32,000 nt of DNA from Candidatus Saccharimonadota bacterium (GTDB lineage Bacteria; Pseudomonadota; Gammaproteobacteria; Burkholderiales; Burkholderiaceae): NCBI RefSeq assembly GCF_964019745.1, contig NZ_OZ026462.1, positions 30,001 to 62,000 of the forward strand, written 5' to 3'. A model generated the notes under the pieces. That model saw nothing but the letters and a program-made list of their open reading frames with translations. It had not been told where the DNA came from and searched no databases. The position numbers and the translations under genes are program-made. Shown piece by piece: positions 27,903 to 32,000 of the stretch (positions are counted from its first letter, which is position 1; each line of letters opens with the position of its first letter).

Positions 27903-28547
27903 TTATGGATTCCATTTAATAAAATTTTTATATAATTGTAAACCAGAAAAAGAACTTTTTTCTGGATGAAATTGAGTACCAAAAATATTATTTTTTACTA
28001 CTGCACAAATAAATTTTTTACCATAAAAAGTTTCACCTATTATATCAGAATTATTATTAGCTTTAACATAATAACTATGTACAAAATAAAAATATGAATT
28101 TTGTTTAATATTTTTCCATAAAAAATGTTTTTTTTTTTGTATAACTGTATTCCATCCAATATGAGGAATTTTAAATATTAATTTATTTTTTTGATATAAA
28201 TTTTTTTTAAATTTAAAACGTATAACACCCCCTGATAATATTCCTAAACATTTAGTAAAATTATTTTCTTCACTCCAATCAAATAACATTTGTTCTCCAA
28301 CACATATTCCTAATAAAGGTTTTTTTTTAGCAAAATCTATTATTTCTTTATGTAAATCATTTTTTTTTAAAAGTTTCATACAATTTGAAATAGCACCTTG
28401 TCCAGGTAAAATTATTTTATCTGCTGTTCGTATTTCTTTAATATTTTTTGATATTTTAATATTTATATTTTTATCAATATTAGAAATAGCATTTGCAACT
28501 GAATATACATTTCCAGAACCATAATTAATTATTATAATTTTTTTCAT
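27903..28547 (-). CDS. hisH: Imidazole glycerol phosphate synthase glutaminase subunit
   Basis: The conserved start is [17 protein letters not shown] at Met22 of the listed ORF. The longer ORF would overlap hisB. Motifs seen: [15 protein letters not shown] (catalytic Cys) and [10 protein letters not shown]. Confidence 0.93.
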   Translation of the reverse strand: MKKIIIINYGSGNVYSVANAISNIDKNINIKISKNIKEIRTADKIILPGQGAISNCMKLLKKNDLHKEIIDFAKKKPLLGICVGEQMLFDWSEENNFTKCLGILSGGVIRFKFKKNLYQKNKLIFKIPHIGWNTVIQKKKHFLWKNIKQNSYFYFVHSYYVKANNNSDIIGETFYGKKFICAVVKNNIFGTQFHPEKSSFSGLQLYKNFIKWNP

Positions 28548-28575
28548 ATAAATAAAAAAAACAAAATTTAATTTT

Positions 28576-29172
28576 TTATAATTTACCTTTAGTAGAAGGA
28601 ATAATACCACATATACGTTTATTAAAAGAAATTGCCATTTTTAATGCATGACCAAAAGCTTTAAAAATACTTTCACATTGATGATGACTATTAACACCTT
28701 TTAAATTATCAATATGTAAAGTAATTTTAGCATTATTTACAAAAGCTATAAAAAATTCTACAATTAAATCTAAACAAAAAAAACCTATATAAGAATTTAA
28801 AAAAGAAACATTATAATTTAAATAAGATCTACCAGAAATATCAATAACAACACGTGATAAAGATTCATCTAATGGGATATATGAAAAACCATATCTAGAA
28901 ATACCTTTTTTTTTACCAATTGCTTTTTTAAAAACTTTCCCAAATGTAATACCAATATCTTCAACAAGATGATGGTAATCTACATTTAAATCACCAAACG
29001 CTTTAATATTTAAATCTATTAAACCATGACATGAAATTTGATTTATCATATGATCTAAAAAAGGAATACTAGTATTTAAATTAGTTTTTCCAATACCATC
29101 TAAATTTATTTTAATATAAATTTCTGTTTCTCTTGTTTTATGAAAATATTTTGCAGTTCTTAATAAACACAT
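28576..29172 (-). CDS. hisB: Imidazoleglycerol-phosphate dehydratase (monofunctional, no phosphatase domain)
   Basis: RETEIYIKINLDG, FLDHMINQISCHG, DYHHLVEDIGI, SGR and NSHHQCESIFKAFG...PSTKG. Length 198 aa, dehydratase domain only. Confidence 0.94.
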   Translation of the reverse strand: MCLLRTAKYFHKTRETEIYIKINLDGIGKTNLNTSIPFLDHMINQISCHGLIDLNIKAFGDLNVDYHHLVEDIGITFGKVFKKAIGKKKGISRYGFSYIPLDESLSRVVIDISGRSYLNYNVSFLNSYIGFFCLDLIVEFFIAFVNNAKITLHIDNLKGVNSHHQCESIFKAFGHALKMAISFNKRICGIIPSTKGKL

Positions 29173-29255
29173 TTATTTATCCTAAAAATAAATTTATTTT
29201 TAATAATTAAATATTATATATAATTTTTATATATTATATATATTATATAAAAAAA

Positions 29256-30569
29256 TTAAATTCTAGATAAAACCGACATAGAATGTGCTTGAAGTCCTTC
29301 GCATAAAGCTAAATTTGAAGCAAAATTACCTAATTTTTTTGCACTAATTTTATTTATATAAGTAATACTAGAACGTTTTATAAAATCATAAACTCCAAGA
29401 GGAGAAGAAAATCTAGAAGTTTGTAAAGTAGGTAATACATGATTAGGTCCTGCACAATAATCACCTATACATTCTGATGAAAATGAACCTAAAAATATAG
29501 AACCAGCATTAGAAATATATTTTAAATATTTATTAGGATTTTTAGTAGAAATTTCTAAATGTTCTGGAGCTATAATATTAGAAATTTTACAAGCTTCTTT
29601 AAGATTATTGGTTTTAATAAATAATCCATAATTAATTATAGATTTATAAATAATATTTTTACGTAACATATTATTAATTCTTTTATTAATTATTTTTTCA
29701 ATAATTAATAAATATTTTTCATCAGGACAAATTAAAATAGATTGTGATAATATATCATGTTCTGCTTGAGCAAATAAATCCATTACAATCCATTCCGGAT
29801 TTGTATTTCCATCACAAATAATTACAATTTCTGAAGGTCCAGCAATCATATCAATACCTACAGAACCAAAAACTTTACGTTTTGCAGATGATACATAAAT
29901 ATTACCAGGACCTACAATTTTATCAACTTTTTTAATATTTTTAGTTCCATAACATAAAGCACCAATAGCCTGCGCTCCACCTATTGTAAAAACTTCATTA
30001 ATACCAGATATATAAGCTGCTGCAAAAACCAAAGGATTTTTTATACCATGAGGAGTAGGAACCATCATAATAATTTCTTTTACACCAGCAACTTTAGCAG
30101 GAATTACATTCATTAAAACTGATGAAGGATAAGAAGCTGTACCTCCTGGTACATAAACTCCAATACGTTTTATAGGTAATATTCTTTGACTAAAAGTATT
30201 ACCATTTTTATCAATATAAGAAAAACCTTCAAGACCACTATTTAATTTTTGATATTCATGAAATTTTCTAATTCTATCAGCTGCAACATATAAAGAATCT
30301 AAATTTTTTTTTGAAATAAATTTTAAAGATTTTTTTAATTCATTCAAACTTATTTTTAAAGATGATACACAAGAAATATTTAATTTATCAAAAAAATTTG
30401 TATATTCAATAATAGATTTATCACCATATTTTTTAACATTATCTAATATTTTTGCAACTTCTAAATCTACATTTTCATTTAAAATATTATTTTTTTTTTT
30501 TAATATTAAATAAAGTTTTTTTTTAAAATTTTCATCTTTTGAAATAAGTTTTTTAATTTTAATTTTCAT
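29256..30569 (-). CDS. hisD: Histidinol dehydrogenase
   Basis: GVYVPGGTASYPSSVLMN, GGAQAI, GPGNIYV, DMIAGPSE, AQAEHD, APEHLE, GDYCAGPNHVLPT and EGLQAHS. Length 437 aa. Confidence 0.95.
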   Translation of the reverse strand: MKIKIKKLISKDENFKKKLYLILKKKNNILNENVDLEVAKILDNVKKYGDKSIIEYTNFFDKLNISCVSSLKISLNELKKSLKFISKKNLDSLYVAADRIRKFHEYQKLNSGLEGFSYIDKNGNTFSQRILPIKRIGVYVPGGTASYPSSVLMNVIPAKVAGVKEIIMMVPTPHGIKNPLVFAAAYISGINEVFTIGGAQAIGALCYGTKNIKKVDKIVGPGNIYVSSAKRKVFGSVGIDMIAGPSEIVIICDGNTNPEWIVMDLFAQAEHDILSQSILICPDEKYLLIIEKIINKRINNMLRKNIIYKSIINYGLFIKTNNLKEACKISNIIAPEHLEISTKNPNKYLKYISNAGSIFLGSFSSECIGDYCAGPNHVLPTLQTSRFSSPLGVYDFIKRSSITYINKISAKKLGNFASNLALCEGLQAHSMSVLSRI

Positions 30570-30596
30570 TAAAAAAAATTATATTTTTTATATATC

Positions 30597-31244
30597 TTAT
30601 AAATTTATATTTTTTTTAAAAATTTTAAATATTGACTGTAAAAAATTATTTTTAAACTTTAATGATGATTTATTAATTATTAATTGTGAAGAAACTTTTA
30701 AAATACATTTTATTTCTATTAAATTATTTTCTTTTAAAGTTAAACCAGTATCTATTAAATCCACAATTATATTAGATAAACCTATTAAAGGACTTAATTC
30801 TAAAGAACCACTTAATTTTATTAAATTTATATTAATATTTTTAGATAAAAAATATTTACGAGTAATATTAATATATTTAGTAGCAACACATAATTTTAAA
30901 CCAGAATTAATAAATTTCAAATAATCAAAATTTGATTTTGAAATAATAGATAATCTACATTTAGAAATTTTTAAATCAGTTAAATGATATAAATTTTTTA
31001 AATTATGCTCAAATAAAACATCTCTACCAACAATACCTAAATCAGCCACACCATAATTAACATATATAGGTACATCAAAAGCTCTTACCAAAATAATTTT
31101 TATATTAGAATTATTAGTTTTTAAAATAAGTTTACGTGATAATAAATATTTTTTTTTAAAAAAAATTCCAATAGAATTTAATAATAAAATTGTTTCTTTC
31201 AAAATTCTACCTTTTGATAAAGCAATAACTAATTTATGAATCAT
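30597..31244 (-). CDS. hisG: ATP phosphoribosyltransferase, short form (HisG-S)
   Basis: LVIALSKGRILKET, RAFDVPIYVNYGVADLGIVGRDVL, VATKY and DLIDTGLTLKEN. At 215 aa it lacks the C-terminal regulatory domain found in roughly 300-aa long-form HisG. Confidence 0.92.
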   Translation of the reverse strand: MIHKLVIALSKGRILKETILLLNSIGIFFKKKYLLSRKLILKTNNSNIKIILVRAFDVPIYVNYGVADLGIVGRDVLFEHNLKNLYHLTDLKISKCRLSIISKSNFDYLKFINSGLKLCVATKYINITRKYFLSKNININLIKLSGSLELSPLIGLSNIIVDLIDTGLTLKENNLIEIKCILKVSSQLIINKSSLKFKNNFLQSIFKIFKKNINL

Positions 31245-31517
31245 AATTAATTTTAATAAAAATATTTATTATTAAAATATAAAAATTATTTATTAATATT
31301 AAAAAAATATTTTATATTTTAATATATTTTTAAAAATATATATTTTTTAAAAAAATTTTTTTTAAAAAAATTTTTAAAATATTTAATAATTAATAAAAAT
31401 TTAAAATATTTCTAAAAAAATAATAATAAAATTTAAAAAAATAAAAAATTTTAATATTTTTATATATAAAATTATTAATTTTATTTTTAAAATAAAAATA
31501 TTATAAATATAATTTAT

Positions 31518-31934
31518 TTATTTTTTATATTTTTCTAAAAAAGATAATTTTGATAAAACAATATTTAAATTTGCTTGTATTAATGATAATTTATTTTTAT
31601 TTTTAATATTTTTAGAAAGTTTTTCTGCTATAATAGATCTATTTTTATCTAAATGAGCATTCCTAACAGCTATATCAACTAAAATATTTACTTTATTTAA
31701 TCTAATTTCTATAAATCCACCAAAAACAAAAATAAATTCATTATATTTTTTTTCATAAAATTTTATTTTAATAATCCCAGGAACTATAAAAGAAATAAAA
31801 GGAATATGATTAGGAAAAATACCAATTTGACCTAAAGTACATGGTACTACAATAAATTTTACTAATCCAGAAAAAATTTTTTCTTTTACAGAAAGAATAT
31901 TTATTTTTATAAAAGATTTTTTTTTATTTTGCAT
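31518..31934 (-). CDS. atpC: F0F1 ATP synthase subunit epsilon
   Basis: 138 aa. It has an N-terminal beta-sandwich pattern (INILSVKEKIFSG.V..VVVP...GQIGIFPNHIP) and a helical C-terminus. It lies 4 bp downstream of the atpD stop. Confidence 0.88.
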   Translation of the reverse strand: MQNKKKSFIKINILSVKEKIFSGLVKFIVVPCTLGQIGIFPNHIPFISFIVPGIIKIKFYEKKYNEFIFVFGGFIEIRLNKVNILVDIAVRNAHLDKNRSIIAEKLSKNIKNKNKLSLIQANLNIVLSKLSFLEKYKK

Positions 31935-31938
31935 AAAT

Positions 31939-32000
31939 TTATTTTTTTTTAGATTTATTTATAACTTCTTGAATATTACCAACCATATAAAAATCTTGTT
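31939..32000 (-). CDS. atpD: F0F1 ATP synthase subunit beta, extreme C-terminus (the rest lies outside the window)
   Basis: The hand translation of the reverse strand, QDFYMVGNIQEVINKSKKK then TAA (31939-41), matches the AtpD C-terminus (...AFYMVGSIEE...). It is followed by atpC. Confidence 0.8.
   Translation of the reverse strand, partial: QDFYMVGNIQEVINKSKKK

Noticed and set aside
27863-27982. A 40-codon N-terminal extension of the hisA 5' ORF that overlaps hisH
   Set aside because: The conserved HisA N-terminus [12 protein letters not shown] starts at 27862. The extension overlaps the hisH coding end and has no homology.
28548-28610. A longer hisH ORF starting at 28610 and overlapping the hisB 3' end
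   Set aside because: The conserved HisH N-terminus ([13 protein letters not shown]) begins at the ATG at 28547. The 21 upstream codons are hydrophobic low-complexity sequence with no counterpart in HisH.

Overview
The window is a dense, collinear stretch of a drastically reduced, extremely AT-rich bacterial chromosome of the obligate-endosymbiont type. Proteins are Lys/Ile/Asn-rich, and the intergenic spacers are about 98-99.6% A+T by direct count. I can support 32 conserved protein genes, two of them cut by the window edges. I also call two small unlisted ORFs (58 aa and 52 aa) and one SRP (4.5S) RNA that the ORF track cannot show.

Gene content, in order:
- sucA(partial)-sucB-lpdA
- trmB, rsmI, gatCAB, def, ffs
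- trpS, an M50-type metalloprotease, aroK, trpE, recJ
- rplU-rpmA-obg-proS, ffh, nrdAB, a YggT-like membrane protein
- a minus-strand histidine operon hisG-D-B-H-A-F-I-E
- atpC and the atpD 3' end

The synteny looks beta-proteobacterial: odhA-odhB-lpd, separate hisI and hisE, short-form hisG, rplU-rpmA-obg, and a Burkholderia-like HisA N-terminus. The His/Trp content fits an insect nutritional symbiont. I cannot name the organism from sequence alone.

I found no tRNA or rRNA, no mobile elements, no CRISPR, and no defence or toxin loci. I found nothing I would honestly call a new multi-gene system.

The observations most worth a second look are:
- a 1-nt frameshift splitting hisA at an A-AAG-TAG site inside an otherwise intact his operon
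- a natural Ser-to-Phe change in the TrpE LLES feedback motif, equivalent to a classic feedback-resistant mutation
- clean loss of hisC from the operon
- exclusive TAA stops and TGG Trp codons, with no in-frame TGA
- very long poly(A) tracts inside genes
- a SucB that seems to lack an E3-binding domain
- long, almost pure A/T spacers, one carrying a 10-bp phased tandem repeat
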